NCBI GenBank assembly: GCA_016861245.1
Contig: BOKZ01000001.1
Span: forward strand, 487,006-551,005
DNA from: Patescibacteria group bacterium
GTDB lineage: Bacteria; Patescibacteriota; UBA1384; 2-12-FULL-50-11
Reading direction: 5' to 3'
DNA length: 64,000 nucleotides
Part shown: positions 27,257 to 36,647 of the stretch, one piece after another
Position numbering within the stretch: the stretch's first letter is position 1
Layout of the letters: each line of letters opens with the position of its first letter
Notes under the pieces: model-generated
The model's input: the letters and a program-made list of their open reading frames with translations, nothing else
Databases searched by the model: none
What the model was told of the DNA's origin: nothing
Position numbers and translations under genes: made by a program

Positions 27257-28053
27257 CTCCTCGCTCTTATATACGGATCGCTCGCATTTTCGTTTACTTC
27301 CTCGTTGGCTAGGTTGCTACCCGTTGTTTTTAGGAAAACTTCTTCTAAATTCTTAGACTGATGTTTTTTCTTTAACTCGTCCGGTGTGCCGATCGTGACG
27401 ATTTTTCCTTTGTCCATTATGGCGATGCGCTCACAGAGTTGTTCCGCCTCTTCCATAAAGTGGGTGGTTAAGAAAATTGTCATACCCTGACGGTTTAATT
27501 CACGAATGTGTCCCCAAATGAGCTGTCTAGCGTGCGGATCTAGACCTTGTGTCGGCTCGTCGAGAAATAAAATTTTTGGTTTGTGGATTAACGAGAGCGC
27601 TAGATCGAATCGACGTCGCATACCTCCGGAATATGTAGAGGTAAACTTGTCGGCAACTTTTTCCAGTTCAACAAGCTTTAGGAGTTTACTAATCTGTTCC
27701 TTAATTTCAGCCGGCTGCAAGTGGTAGAGGCGACCGTGCAGCTCCATCATCTCGCGGGCTGTCGCAACTTCATCTAAGCCAACTTCTTGCATCGCAAAAC
27801 CGACCCGCTTATAAACTTCGTCTGCGTGTTCCGTTACCTCAAATCCGTCGATTTTAACGGAACCACTGGTTTTCTTAACTAGATTAACCAGCATATTCAT
27901 TGTTGTAGATTTACCGGCGCCGTTTGGCCCTAAAAATCCGAAAAATTCGCCTTCACGAACTTGGAACGAAACACTGTCGACGGCTTTTGTGCCGCCAGGA
28001 TAAACTTTTGTGAGGTTTTTTACCTCGATGATCGATTTAGTACTTTTTGGCAT
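27253..28053 (-). CDS. ABC exporter ATP-binding protein (DrrA-like)
   Basis: GPNGAGKST, YSGGMRRR, LFLDEPT, LTTHFMEEA. Confidence 0.94.
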   Translation of the reverse strand: MPKSTKSIIEVKNLTKVYPGGTKAVDSVSFQVREGEFFGFLGPNGAGKSTTMNMLVNLVKKTSGSVKIDGFEVTEHADEVYKRVGFAMQEVGLDEVATAREMMELHGRLYHLQPAEIKEQISKLLKLVELEKVADKFTSTYSGGMRRRFDLALSLIHKPKILFLDEPTQGLDPHARQLIWGHIRELNRQGMTIFLTTHFMEEAEQLCERIAIMDKGKIVTIGTPDELKKKHQSKNLEEVFLKTTGSNLANEEVNENASDPYIRARR

Positions 28054-28082
28054 TAATCTAGTATGAACGATCAATTCATGTG

Positions 28083-28100
28083 TGTAAAGGAGCCTTTACA
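28083..28100. promoter_or_regulatory. Perfect inverted repeat TGTAAAGG-ag-CCTTTACA, putative operator
   Basis: 8-bp perfect arms about 30 bp upstream of the ABC ATPase start. Confidence 0.5.
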
Positions 28101-28104
28101 TAGC

Positions 28105-28308
28105 CTAGAGTTTGGAACTATTAACGAAACCAGCACGGGATTTTGGTAATTATTGGCCTATTTGCCAATGATACTCGTGCGCGATGAGGGTACTGTAAGC
28201 CCATGGTTAATGTAGTGTTGGTAGCGTTCGAAAAGCATCAGGACGATCATCCAACTTGACGAGGCAGCGCAGGACATCGTGAACCGTAGTGTTCCACCTC
28301 AACTCTAG
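28105..28308 (+). ncRNA. Candidate structured non-coding RNA of unknown class (~200 nt)
   Basis: End pairing CTAGAGTT/AACTCTAG and TGGAAC/GTTCCA; internal stems GCACGGG/CTCGTGC, TTATTGGC/GCCAATGA, GCGATG/CATCGT; G-U pairs favour the + strand; followed by a strong hairpin. Confidence 0.6.
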
Positions 28309-28345
28309 CAAATACCCCCAGGCGACGACCCTGGGGTATTTGCTA
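28306..28345. terminator. Long hairpin between the candidate ncRNA and tRNA-Gly (probably bidirectional terminator)
   Basis: tagcaaatacccccagg-cgacga-ccctggggtatttgcta. Confidence 0.75.
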
Positions 28346-28350
28346 TCTTG

Positions 28351-28422
28351 AGCGGGAGACGGGGTTCGAACCCGCGACCTCTTCCTTGGGAAGGAAGCAT
28401 TCTACCACTGAACTACTCCCGC
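28351..28422 (-). tRNA. tRNA-Gly(CCC)
   Basis: GCGGGAGTAGTTCAGTGGTAGAATGCTTCCTT-CCC-AAGGAAG...GGTTCGAACCC...CTCCCGCT. Confidence 0.95.
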
Positions 28423-28479
28423 AATTTGGGGAAATTGTAACACTTTTCTTCTCAAGAAAAATCTCGTACATTAGTACCA

Positions 28480-29493
28480 ATGAGGGGAAAGATTGTCTTT
28501 TTTGAAGTTGACCAGTACGAACAAGAACTTTTTCGGGAGAAATTAAGTGGCGAAGGCGAGCTCGTGTTTTACCCACACCGCTTAACGCACGACAACATTG
28601 ACGAAGCCAAACCTGCCGATTACATCGTCAGTTTTATCTATTCTGATCTTTCGGATCGAATGTTAGACCAACTCCCAAACCTTAAAGGCATCGCCACGAT
28701 GTCGGTTGGGACGGACCATATCGGGCTCGAAGAAACAACCAGACGCTCTATCCCGGTCTGCAACGTGCCAGCCTACGGGCCAAACACCGTGGCTGAACAC
28801 GCCGCCGCACTACTCTTGGCGCTTTCGCGACGGATCGTTGAGTCTGTCGATCGAACCCGAGAAGGTGTTTACGAGTACACAGGCTTAACAGGGTGGGACT
28901 TAAAAGGAAAAACGATAGGTATTGTTGGTACCGGCAAGATCGGGGCTCATGTGGCGCGGATTGCCAACGGCTTTGAGATGAAGATTATCGCCTACGATCC
29001 GCACCCAAATACTGAGCTAACAGAAAAATACGGCGTCGAATTTATGGAGATGCCGCAACTTCTCCATCGATCCGACGTTGTTACGTTACACGTTCCGCTC
29101 ACACCAGAAACTAAACACATGATCGGCCAAGAACAATTTTCGCAGATGAAGCCGGGCATGGTACTCATTAATACCGCTCGCGGCGCCCTAGTAGACCCAA
29201 ACGCGTTACTTGATGCGCTCGAGAAGGGTGTAATCTCACAGGCCGGCATCGATGTACTAGAAGACGAAGGTATACTGAAAGAAGAGAAAGAGTTTTTCTC
29301 CAGCTACTTCAAACTCCAAGATTATCAAACGGCGTTAGCGAATCATGCCTTAATGAGACACCCGAAAGTAATCGTCACGCCTCATAACGCTTTTAATAGT
29401 AAAGAAGCGTTACAGAATATTACTCAAACGACGGTCGATAACATTAAGGGGATGTTAAGCGGCGATCGTGTTAATCAAGTTAATCACACCTGA
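28480..29493 (+). CDS. ldhA: D-lactate dehydrogenase / D-2-hydroxyacid dehydrogenase
   Basis: NVPAYGPNTVAEH, GTGKIG, INTARG, TPHNAF. Confidence 0.88.
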   Translation: MRGKIVFFEVDQYEQELFREKLSGEGELVFYPHRLTHDNIDEAKPADYIVSFIYSDLSDRMLDQLPNLKGIATMSVGTDHIGLEETTRRSIPVCNVPAYGPNTVAEHAAALLLALSRRIVESVDRTREGVYEYTGLTGWDLKGKTIGIVGTGKIGAHVARIANGFEMKIIAYDPHPNTELTEKYGVEFMEMPQLLHRSDVVTLHVPLTPETKHMIGQEQFSQMKPGMVLINTARGALVDPNALLDALEKGVISQAGIDVLEDEGILKEEKEFFSSYFKLQDYQTALANHALMRHPKVIVTPHNAFNSKEALQNITQTTVDNIKGMLSGDRVNQVNHT

Positions 29494-29499
29494 GTCGCA

Positions 29500-29925
29500 A
29501 TGCTATTTTTAGCTGCTGACCACGCCGGGTACGAAATGAAGGAATTTATTCGTCATAAATTAGCTACTCGTAATGTTGCGTTCGAAGACTTTGGTACGTT
29601 CTCAGACGAGCCTGTCGATTATCCTGGTTACGCTCATAAAGTCGCGCGAGCCGTAGTAAAGCATAAGGGTCGAGGTATTCTTTTTTGCGGCTCGGGACAG
29701 GGTATGGCGATTGCAGCCAATCGGCACAAAGGCGCGCGTGCCTCGGTGGTCTGGAGTAAGGAAATCGCTCAAGAAACCCGTGAAGATAACGACGCCAACA
29801 TCCTCTCATTGCCCGCTCGTTTTATCGATCAAGAGACAGCGTGGGAGATCGTCTCAGCGTTTTTATCGACAACATTTAGCCATGAAGACCGACACAAAAG
29901 AAGGATAAACCAGCTTGAGCCATGA
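29500..29925 (+). CDS. rpiB: Ribose-5-phosphate isomerase B
   Basis: ADHAG, DYP, CGSGQGMAIAAN, RHKRRI. Confidence 0.95.
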   Translation: MLFLAADHAGYEMKEFIRHKLATRNVAFEDFGTFSDEPVDYPGYAHKVARAVVKHKGRGILFCGSGQGMAIAANRHKGARASVVWSKEIAQETREDNDANILSLPARFIDQETAWEIVSAFLSTTFSHEDRHKRRINQLEP

Positions 29926-30572
29926 GATCAAAATCACCAATTATCCCAGCAGTACTCACAACCAATATCGATGTGTTTTCTCAGCATCTAGAGTTTGCAA
30001 AAGAAGTCGGAAACTCGCTCCATATCGACGTGATCGATAACGATTTCTGTCAAGGAAAGTCGCTGGAAATTCGAGATTGGCCAGAGCTGTTAATCGAATA
30101 CACCGAAGCACACCTGATGGTGCGTGAGCCGTTATCGTACTTAAGCGAATTAGCGGCAAAAAAAGTGACCCGTGCGATTATTCATATCGAGTCGAATTTC
30201 GACCTCATCGAATTAGCCGACCAAGCGAGACGGTTAGATATTTTGCTTGGCTGGGCGGTTAATCCAGACACAGACTTAGATAAGTTGCGCAATTTCTACC
30301 CAGTCTCTAACTATATTCAACTAATGGGCGTTCAGCCCGGTCTTACCGGTCAGCCGTTTATCGACACAGTCTACCCAGCGATTAGATATTTAGCGAAAAA
30401 TCCTGCAAGACGGCTGATTGTATCTGTCGATGGCGGTGTAAGCCTCGAGACAACGCCGAAGTTAATCGCTGCCGGAGCCGACTATTTGGTGAGTAGCGCT
30501 GCCATTTTCGAGCGCGGTAATACTTGGAAAGCTAATTATGAGCAATTGAAGCAAATAATTCATGACCGTTAA
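29922..30572 (+). CDS. rpe: Ribulose-phosphate 3-epimerase
   Basis: HIDVID, AHLMV, MGVQPG, VDGG. Confidence 0.9.
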   Translation: MRSKSPIIPAVLTTNIDVFSQHLEFAKEVGNSLHIDVIDNDFCQGKSLEIRDWPELLIEYTEAHLMVREPLSYLSELAAKKVTRAIIHIESNFDLIELADQARRLDILLGWAVNPDTDLDKLRNFYPVSNYIQLMGVQPGLTGQPFIDTVYPAIRYLAKNPARRLIVSVDGGVSLETTPKLIAAGADYLVSSAAIFERGNTWKANYEQLKQIIHDR

Positions 30573-31404
30573 AGAACTGCAGCTTAAGGCAACGGAAATT
30601 CGAACATCGATAATCGAGATGTTGCTTGAAGCTGGCTCCGGACACTCTGCAGGGCCGCTAGGAATGGCAGATATTTTTACTGCACTCTACTTTGAGGTAA
30701 TGAATATTGATCCGAACAAGCCCGATTGGGCGGATCGCGATCGCTTGGTGTTATCGTGTGGCCACATCTGCCCAGTACTGTACGCAACGTTAGCGTATCG
30801 CGGTTACTTCCCACGCAGCGAACTAATGACATTGCGCCGGTACGGCACTCGATTGCACGGACATCCGCACAATCTGGCGTTACCGGGTATCGAGACATCC
30901 TCGGGACCGTTAGCGCAAGGCTTAAGCCAAGCCGTGGGGATGGCACTGGCCGCAAAAATGGACGATAAAAAGTGGCGGACGTACTCGGTTCTCTCCGACG
31001 GCGAGCATAACGAAGGCCAGTTATGGGAAGCAATTATGTTTGCCGGCAAGAACAAATTAAATAATCTAACTGCGATTGTTGACAGGAATAATATTCAGAT
31101 CGACGGATTCACTGAGGACGTGATGCCGCTCGAACCGTTACCGGATAAGTACCGCTCGTTCGGTTGGTACGTCCTGGAGATCGACGGTCATAACTTTAAC
31201 GAGATCATCGCCGCTCTTCGTCACGCCCGGGCGGTCTTTGAGAAGCCAACTGTCATTATCGCTCACACAGTCCCAGGTAAAGGGGTAGACTTTATGGAAA
31301 ACGACTACCGCTGGCACGGTAAACCGCCGAAGGCAGATGAAGCGAAAATAGCGCTTCGCGAGCTCCGGACGCTACGCGGTAAAATTATTGGGGAGCACGA
31401 GTAA
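30562..31404 (+). CDS. tkt: Transketolase, N-terminal subunit
   Basis: GSGH, DRLVLSCGH, SDGEHNEGQ (TPP motif). Confidence 0.93.
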   Translation: MTVKELQLKATEIRTSIIEMLLEAGSGHSAGPLGMADIFTALYFEVMNIDPNKPDWADRDRLVLSCGHICPVLYATLAYRGYFPRSELMTLRRYGTRLHGHPHNLALPGIETSSGPLAQGLSQAVGMALAAKMDDKKWRTYSVLSDGEHNEGQLWEAIMFAGKNKLNNLTAIVDRNNIQIDGFTEDVMPLEPLPDKYRSFGWYVLEIDGHNFNEIIAALRHARAVFEKPTVIIAHTVPGKGVDFMENDYRWHGKPPKADEAKIALRELRTLRGKIIGEHE

Positions 31405-32381
31405 TGCGGTATTTGACGGATCTCGCTAGCTCATTCTCAAATTTAATACCGCCGCGTGATGGCTTCGGTGAAGCGTTGGTGGAATTGGGGAAAATTAATC
31501 AAAATGTTGTAGCGCTAACCGGTGATCTACTCGAGAGTACTCGCGTACAAGCGTTCGCCGAGAAATACCCTGAGCGATTTGTGGAGATGGGTGTGGCGGA
31601 GCAGAATATGGCGGGGGTTGCTGCCGGGATGAGTTTCGCTGGCAAGATTCCTTTTATTACCTCATACGCCGTTTTTTCGCCTGGACGGAATTGGGACCAA
31701 GTGCGTGTCTCGATTTGTTACTCGAAAGCTAATGTAAAGATTGTCGGAGCGCACGCCGGAATCTCCGTTGGACCCGATGGAGCGACGCACCAAGCATTGG
31801 AAGACGTAGCAATAACAAGAGTTTTACCAAACTTAGTGGTGGTTGTTCCAACGGATAGTATCGAAGCTAAAAAAGCGACGTTAGCGATCGCTGAGCACGT
31901 CGGTCCGTGTTATATCCGTTTCGGTCGGGAAAAAAACCCTGTAATTACAACCGAGAAAACCCCGTTTATCTTAGGCAAAGCCTTACCGATGATTTCCGGT
32001 GATGATGTGACCGTTCTTGCCAACGGCCAAATGGTGGCTCGAGCGATCGAGGCGGCGAAACGTCTATCAACTCGTGATATCAGCGTTGGCGTTGTGAACG
32101 TTCATACGGTTAAGCCACTTGATCAAAAGACTATTATCAATGTCGCGAAAGATACAGGCGCAATCGTCACGGCAGAAGAACATCAAAAAATTGGTGGCCT
32201 TGGCAGCGCAGTGGCTGAGGTATTGGGCGAACATTTTCCGGTACCAATGGAGCGAGTCGGTATTAACGATACATTCGGTGAGTCGGGCGAACCAAATACA
32301 CTAATGGATCATTACGGTCTGGCGGTTGACGATATTATCAAAGCCGTTGAGAGAGTATTGGAGCGAAAGCATGCTCGTTAA
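31404..32381 (+). CDS. tkt: Transketolase, C-terminal subunit
   Basis: MGVAEQNM, GPDGATHQALED, EEHQKIGGLG. Confidence 0.93.
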   Translation: MRYLTDLASSFSNLIPPRDGFGEALVELGKINQNVVALTGDLLESTRVQAFAEKYPERFVEMGVAEQNMAGVAAGMSFAGKIPFITSYAVFSPGRNWDQVRVSICYSKANVKIVGAHAGISVGPDGATHQALEDVAITRVLPNLVVVVPTDSIEAKKATLAIAEHVGPCYIRFGREKNPVITTEKTPFILGKALPMISGDDVTVLANGQMVARAIEAAKRLSTRDISVGVVNVHTVKPLDQKTIINVAKDTGAIVTAEEHQKIGGLGSAVAEVLGEHFPVPMERVGINDTFGESGEPNTLMDHYGLAVDDIIKAVERVLERKHAR

Positions 32382-33213
32382 TTGCAAACAAATTCTTACT
32401 AAAGCCGATCAAGAGCGCTACGCGATCGGTGGTTTTAATATCACCAGTCTTGAAACGGCACTTGGTATTATTCAGGCGGCTGAGGAGCAAAAATCGCCCG
32501 TAATATTACAAATTAGCGAGAAGACGATCGATTACATGGGTTTGGAAGTCGTAACTAGTATCGCCCGTACGTTGGCCGACCGCGCATCTGTGCCAATAGC
32601 GGTGCATTTTGATCACGGTCGGAACTTCGAGTTAGTTTGGCGTTCGATCGAGATCGGTTTCTCTTCCGTGATGCTCGACGTCTCGAAAATGCCGCAGGGC
32701 GAACGCATTCCGTTTGTTAAAGAATTTGCCCTGCGAGCGCATCAGCGAAACGTGACTGTCGAAGTTGAAGAAGATGTAATCGGGGGACGCGAGGATTATA
32801 TAGAAGGAAAAGGCTGGAAGTTTACCGATCCAAAGCGAGCAGCAATTTTTGCCAAAGAAACTGGTTGCGATATGTTTGCCGTTTCAATCGGCAATAGTCA
32901 CGGGAAGGCGCTACCAGACGAAACACTTGATATGAAGTTGTTATCGGAGATCGACGCCGCTGTTTCGGTGCCGCTCGTGCTTCACGGGGCTTCCTCAACA
33001 CCAGATGAGAAAATTCGTGATGCGATTAGTCGAGGCGTTCGGAAAATTAACATAGACACAGACCTGAGACTGGCGGTAAACGACGCGATCCGTGCTACGC
33101 TAAAAAACGAAGCTTTGTACGATCCCAGAGATATTCTCAAGAGTTCGATCGAAGCAGTAAAAAAAGTAGTAAGCGGAAAAATTCAATTATTTGGGAGTAA
33201 TGGAAAGGCGTAA
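32371..33213 (+). CDS. fba: Class II fructose-bisphosphate aldolase
   Basis: HFDHG, SSVMLD, GNSHG, VLHGAS, KINIDT. Confidence 0.92.
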   Translation: MLVNCKQILTKADQERYAIGGFNITSLETALGIIQAAEEQKSPVILQISEKTIDYMGLEVVTSIARTLADRASVPIAVHFDHGRNFELVWRSIEIGFSSVMLDVSKMPQGERIPFVKEFALRAHQRNVTVEVEEDVIGGREDYIEGKGWKFTDPKRAAIFAKETGCDMFAVSIGNSHGKALPDETLDMKLLSEIDAAVSVPLVLHGASSTPDEKIRDAISRGVRKINIDTDLRLAVNDAIRATLKNEALYDPRDILKSSIEAVKKVVSGKIQLFGSNGKA

Positions 33214-34209
33214 ATGGTAAAAATTGCGATTAACGGGTTTGGAAGAATTGGGCGTACGGCGGCACGAATATTGTTAAAACAATACGCAAACAAAGCAGAA
33301 TTAGTAGCAGTGAACGATCTAACGGATCCGAAAACACTGGCTCACCTTTTCACATATGATTCAAATTATCGTCAATTCGAGCACGCAGCCAAAAGCGATT
33401 CAGACGAGTTAATAATCGGCGACAAAAGGATTCGGGTTTACGCCGAGAAAGATCCGACAAAGTTGCCATGGGACGAACTTGAAGTTGATGTTGTACTCGA
33501 ATGCACTGGACGGTTTACCGATGCCGATAGCGCTAACGGCCATATTAAGGCTGGCGCACGCAAGGTTGTTATTTCGGCACCGGCAGAAAACGTACCGACG
33601 CACGTTATTGGTGTTAATGACGACAAAGTAGGTGACGCAGCGATAATTAATAATGCGTCGTGTACCACTAACTGTATTACACCTGTTGCTGCGATACTTC
33701 ATAGCCACTTCGGGATCGCAAAAGCGATGATGACGACCATCCATTCGTATACGCAGGACCAGAATCTTCAGGATGGCCCGCATAAAGATTTACGTCGAGC
33801 GCGCGCGGCCGCTCAAAATATCGTGCCGACCACTACCGGTGCGGCTAAAGCAACAACGGAAGTTATAACCGAACTCAAAGGGTTATTCGACGGTTTGGCT
33901 ATTAGAGTGCCAACGCCGGTTGGATCGTTATCCGATTTCACGTTCGTCTTAAAGAAAAAGACAACAATTCAGGAGGTTAACGAAGTATTAACTGATGCCG
34001 CGGCGATGACACGATTTCGCGGCGTATTAGAAGTAACCAACGAACCGATCGTCTCAACGGATATTATCGGTTCAAGTGCCTCAGCTATTGTCGATTTAAG
34101 CTTAACACAGGTTGTTGACGGCGATTTAGTTAAAGTTGTTGCCTGGTACGACAACGAATTTGGCTACTCAAATCGTCTAGTAGAGATGGCGATGGAGGTG
34201 GGTAAATGA
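33214..34209 (+). CDS. gap: Glyceraldehyde-3-phosphate dehydrogenase
   Basis: INGFGRIGR, NASCTTNC, WYDNEFGYS. Confidence 0.97.
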   Translation: MVKIAINGFGRIGRTAARILLKQYANKAELVAVNDLTDPKTLAHLFTYDSNYRQFEHAAKSDSDELIIGDKRIRVYAEKDPTKLPWDELEVDVVLECTGRFTDADSANGHIKAGARKVVISAPAENVPTHVIGVNDDKVGDAAIINNASCTTNCITPVAAILHSHFGIAKAMMTTIHSYTQDQNLQDGPHKDLRRARAAAQNIVPTTTGAAKATTEVITELKGLFDGLAIRVPTPVGSLSDFTFVLKKKTTIQEVNEVLTDAAAMTRFRGVLEVTNEPIVSTDIIGSSASAIVDLSLTQVVDGDLVKVVAWYDNEFGYSNRLVEMAMEVGK

Positions 34210-34883
34210 AACAAGGAACATTCGAAGGTGCAACAATTACGGCACTCGGTCATGCGGGCTTCGTTATTGAGTTTGCCGAGAAGAAACTACGCATCGCCTT
34301 CGATCCGTACGATATAAAGGAAGAGCAACCAGTCGATTACATTTTTGTGAGTCACCAGCACTTCGACCACTGCGACCCCGTATCGATTCGCAAATTATTA
34401 AAGAATTCGACACGCGTTATCGCTCCGGCTTGCTGCGAACAAGAATTATCAGAGTTTGGTCAACAATTAGAGCTATTAAAAGACAAAGAAAAACACAAGC
34501 TTAAGCAATGTATCTACTGGGCGTTGCCGGCGTACAACGTCAATAAATTCCGAACGCCAAACGAAGTATTTCACCCCAAAGATATGGGCGGTGTTGGGTT
34601 TGTTGTTGAAGTAGACGGCTTTCGTATGTACCATGCCGGTGATACCGACAGGATCCCAGAGATGGACGGTCTGAAAAAACTTGATTTAGCTTTTCTGCCG
34701 ATTTCGGGAACGTTCGTGATGACGCTCGAAGAAGCGATTGAGGCGGCACAGGTATTAAAGCCGAAAATGGTTATTCCGATGCACTTCGGTAAACTTTTAG
34801 GGAGCGTCGGCGACGCTAACCGTTATCACAACATGTTGCGCGACTTAATTCCGGTAATGGTGTTAACTGATGCTGCGTACTAA
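34206..34883 (+). CDS. MBL-fold metallo-hydrolase
   Basis: HQHFDH, YHAGDT, IPMH. Confidence 0.9.
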   Translation: MKQGTFEGATITALGHAGFVIEFAEKKLRIAFDPYDIKEEQPVDYIFVSHQHFDHCDPVSIRKLLKNSTRVIAPACCEQELSEFGQQLELLKDKEKHKLKQCIYWALPAYNVNKFRTPNEVFHPKDMGGVGFVVEVDGFRMYHAGDTDRIPEMDGLKKLDLAFLPISGTFVMTLEEAIEAAQVLKPKMVIPMHFGKLLGSVGDANRYHNMLRDLIPVMVLTDAAY

Positions 34884-34919
34884 TTGATCTTTTAACACCA
34901 ACAGAGTAAAATTTGGGGC

Positions 34920-36047
34920 ATGTCAAAAGCTGTTTACGCCGATTACGCCGCCATTACTCCGATCGACGATCGAGTTATTTTGGCGATGAACGAAGCATCT
35001 AGACAGTACGGCAACCCGTCGAGCCGGCACTTGTACGGCCGAGCGTCGCGCCAATTACTAGATAAATCGCGACAGACAGTTGCGCAATTTCTTAATTGCT
35101 CAGATGCCGAAGTCACCTTCACAGCTTCCGGAACGGAGAGTAATAATCTGGCCGTACTAGGGATCGCTCGAGCAAATAAAGCGAGAGGAAACAATATCGT
35201 AACGAGCTCGATTGAGCACCCAAGTGTTATCAACGCCTGTCGAGCGCTTGAACGAGATGGTTTTAAAGTAACCTATCTATCAGTTAACTCTAACGGCGTC
35301 GTAGATCCTACCGAGTTACAAGCGGCGCTGACCGATGAGACGATACTGGTATCGATTCATTTAGCTAACTCTGAAATCGGTGTCGTTCAGGATATACCGG
35401 CGCTCTCAGAAATTGTCCGTACGCACTCGTCGGCGCGATTTCATACCGATGCTTGTCAGGCAGCCGCGTATGTTGATTTAAATGTTCAGAAACTCGGTGT
35501 TGATAGTCTAACGTTCAACGGCACTAAGCTATACGGTCCAAGGGGTATAGCGGCGTTATATGTGAAAGAAGGTACTGATATTTTTCCGTTGGTCTACGGC
35601 GGCGGCCAAGAAAAGTCACTTCGTTCAGGTACGGAAAATATTCCTGCAATAGTTGGTCTTAGTGTGGCTCTGGAGATCGTGACTGAGAACCGTGATAGCG
35701 AAGGCCGACGAATTGAAAAACTTCGCGATACTCTAGAAGAGCAGCTATCTCGTCAATCGGGTATATCTATTAACGCCAATCAAAGCCGACGATTACCAAA
35801 TCATCTCTCGATCACGCTTGTTAATTGTCGTGAGAGCGACGTTGTTCGAGCGATGGACGAGCGTGGTGTCGCCGTTTCTTCCGGCTCCGCGTGTAGTTCA
35901 AAATCGTTAACTGATTCACACGTCTTAAAGGCGATCGGGCTAACGAACGAGCAGATGAATCGTACGTTAAGAATTACTCTCGGCCGCGGTACTATCGAGA
36001 GCGACATAGAAAAGATTGTCTTAACTGTGGCCGAAATCAATCAATAA
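34920..36047 (+). CDS. iscS: Cysteine desulfurase (IscS/NifS family)
   Basis: YGNPSS, IEHPSV, HTDACQ, RSGTEN, SSGSACSS. Confidence 0.92.
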   Translation: MSKAVYADYAAITPIDDRVILAMNEASRQYGNPSSRHLYGRASRQLLDKSRQTVAQFLNCSDAEVTFTASGTESNNLAVLGIARANKARGNNIVTSSIEHPSVINACRALERDGFKVTYLSVNSNGVVDPTELQAALTDETILVSIHLANSEIGVVQDIPALSEIVRTHSSARFHTDACQAAAYVDLNVQKLGVDSLTFNGTKLYGPRGIAALYVKEGTDIFPLVYGGGQEKSLRSGTENIPAIVGLSVALEIVTENRDSEGRRIEKLRDTLEEQLSRQSGISINANQSRRLPNHLSITLVNCRESDVVRAMDERGVAVSSGSACSSKSLTDSHVLKAIGLTNEQMNRTLRITLGRGTIESDIEKIVLTVAEINQ

Positions 36048-36059
36048 AAAAACCGCATC

Positions 36060-36647
36060 TTACGATGCGGCAAGCTCGGATACGACTCGTCGGCGTCCAA
36101 AGTCTACCAAACAGATGGCGTCAGCGACGTGCGGCGATTTAACCCGGTGTCCGACGATATCTGAAGCGTGAGATACGGCGTACTCCTCGAGTGCTTTTTG
36201 GCCGCGGATATTGCCGTACGACTTTTTTAGAATCGTCCGCTGCCATTTCGTGGCGTCTACCATATCCACCAAGAGGTACGGTGAGAGCTCGGACAGATAC
36301 CGCTTCCAGTATCTAGTGATGTTCGACAAGTACGGCGATTGGCTGAGTTTTTTCGATTTTGACTCCCGACGAACGATACGACGAGTCGGTTGCTCGACGT
36401 AGGAGTACCCCAATACGACGCCATTTTCGCGCTGTCCTACCTTGATCGCCTCCTGCTGAATGACGTTTCCAGGTGTCGAAAAGGCAACGGCCGCACAGAA
36501 CTCAGCGTAACTACAATGGCGAACGTGGAAGTCGCGAGTTAGCTCGATCTGTCCGTGAAACATCACATCGTCTGGTCGCTGGATGGCGACACCACAATAC
36601 CGTGTTCCTGGATCGATGCCGATGATTAAAGGTTCGTTATTTCGGAT
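36060..36647 (-). CDS. RuvC-like (RNase H fold) nuclease; apparent ATC start
   Basis: In-frame extension IRNNEPLIIGIDPGTRYCGVAI above the track start; YVEQP, W..IL, HVADAICL acidic motifs; GGAGG 7 nt before ATC. Confidence 0.75.
   Translation of the reverse strand: MRNNEPLIIGIDPGTRYCGVAIQRPDDVMFHGQIELTRDFHVRHCSYAEFCAAVAFSTPGNVIQQEAIKVGQRENGVVLGYSYVEQPTRRIVRRESKSKKLSQSPYLSNITRYWKRYLSELSPYLLVDMVDATKWQRTILKKSYGNIRGQKALEEYAVSHASDIVGHRVKSPHVADAICLVDFGRRRVVSELAAS

Noticed and set aside
28186-28216. Twister or hammerhead ribozyme (GGGTACTGTAAGCCC, TTAATGTAG; CTGATG on the minus strand)
   Set aside because: Element order and spacing do not fit twister, and there is no complete CUGAUGA...GAAA hammerhead core.
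28203-28259. 18-aa ORF MVNVVLVAFEKHQDDHPT inside the candidate ncRNA
   Set aside because: No convincing SD; too short to support; RNA structure explains the region better.
28351-28422. UGA-to-Gly recoding (genetic code 25)
   Set aside because: The tRNA-Gly anticodon is CCC, long genes are uninterrupted in code 11, and TGA terminates conserved genes such as trmD and ldhA.
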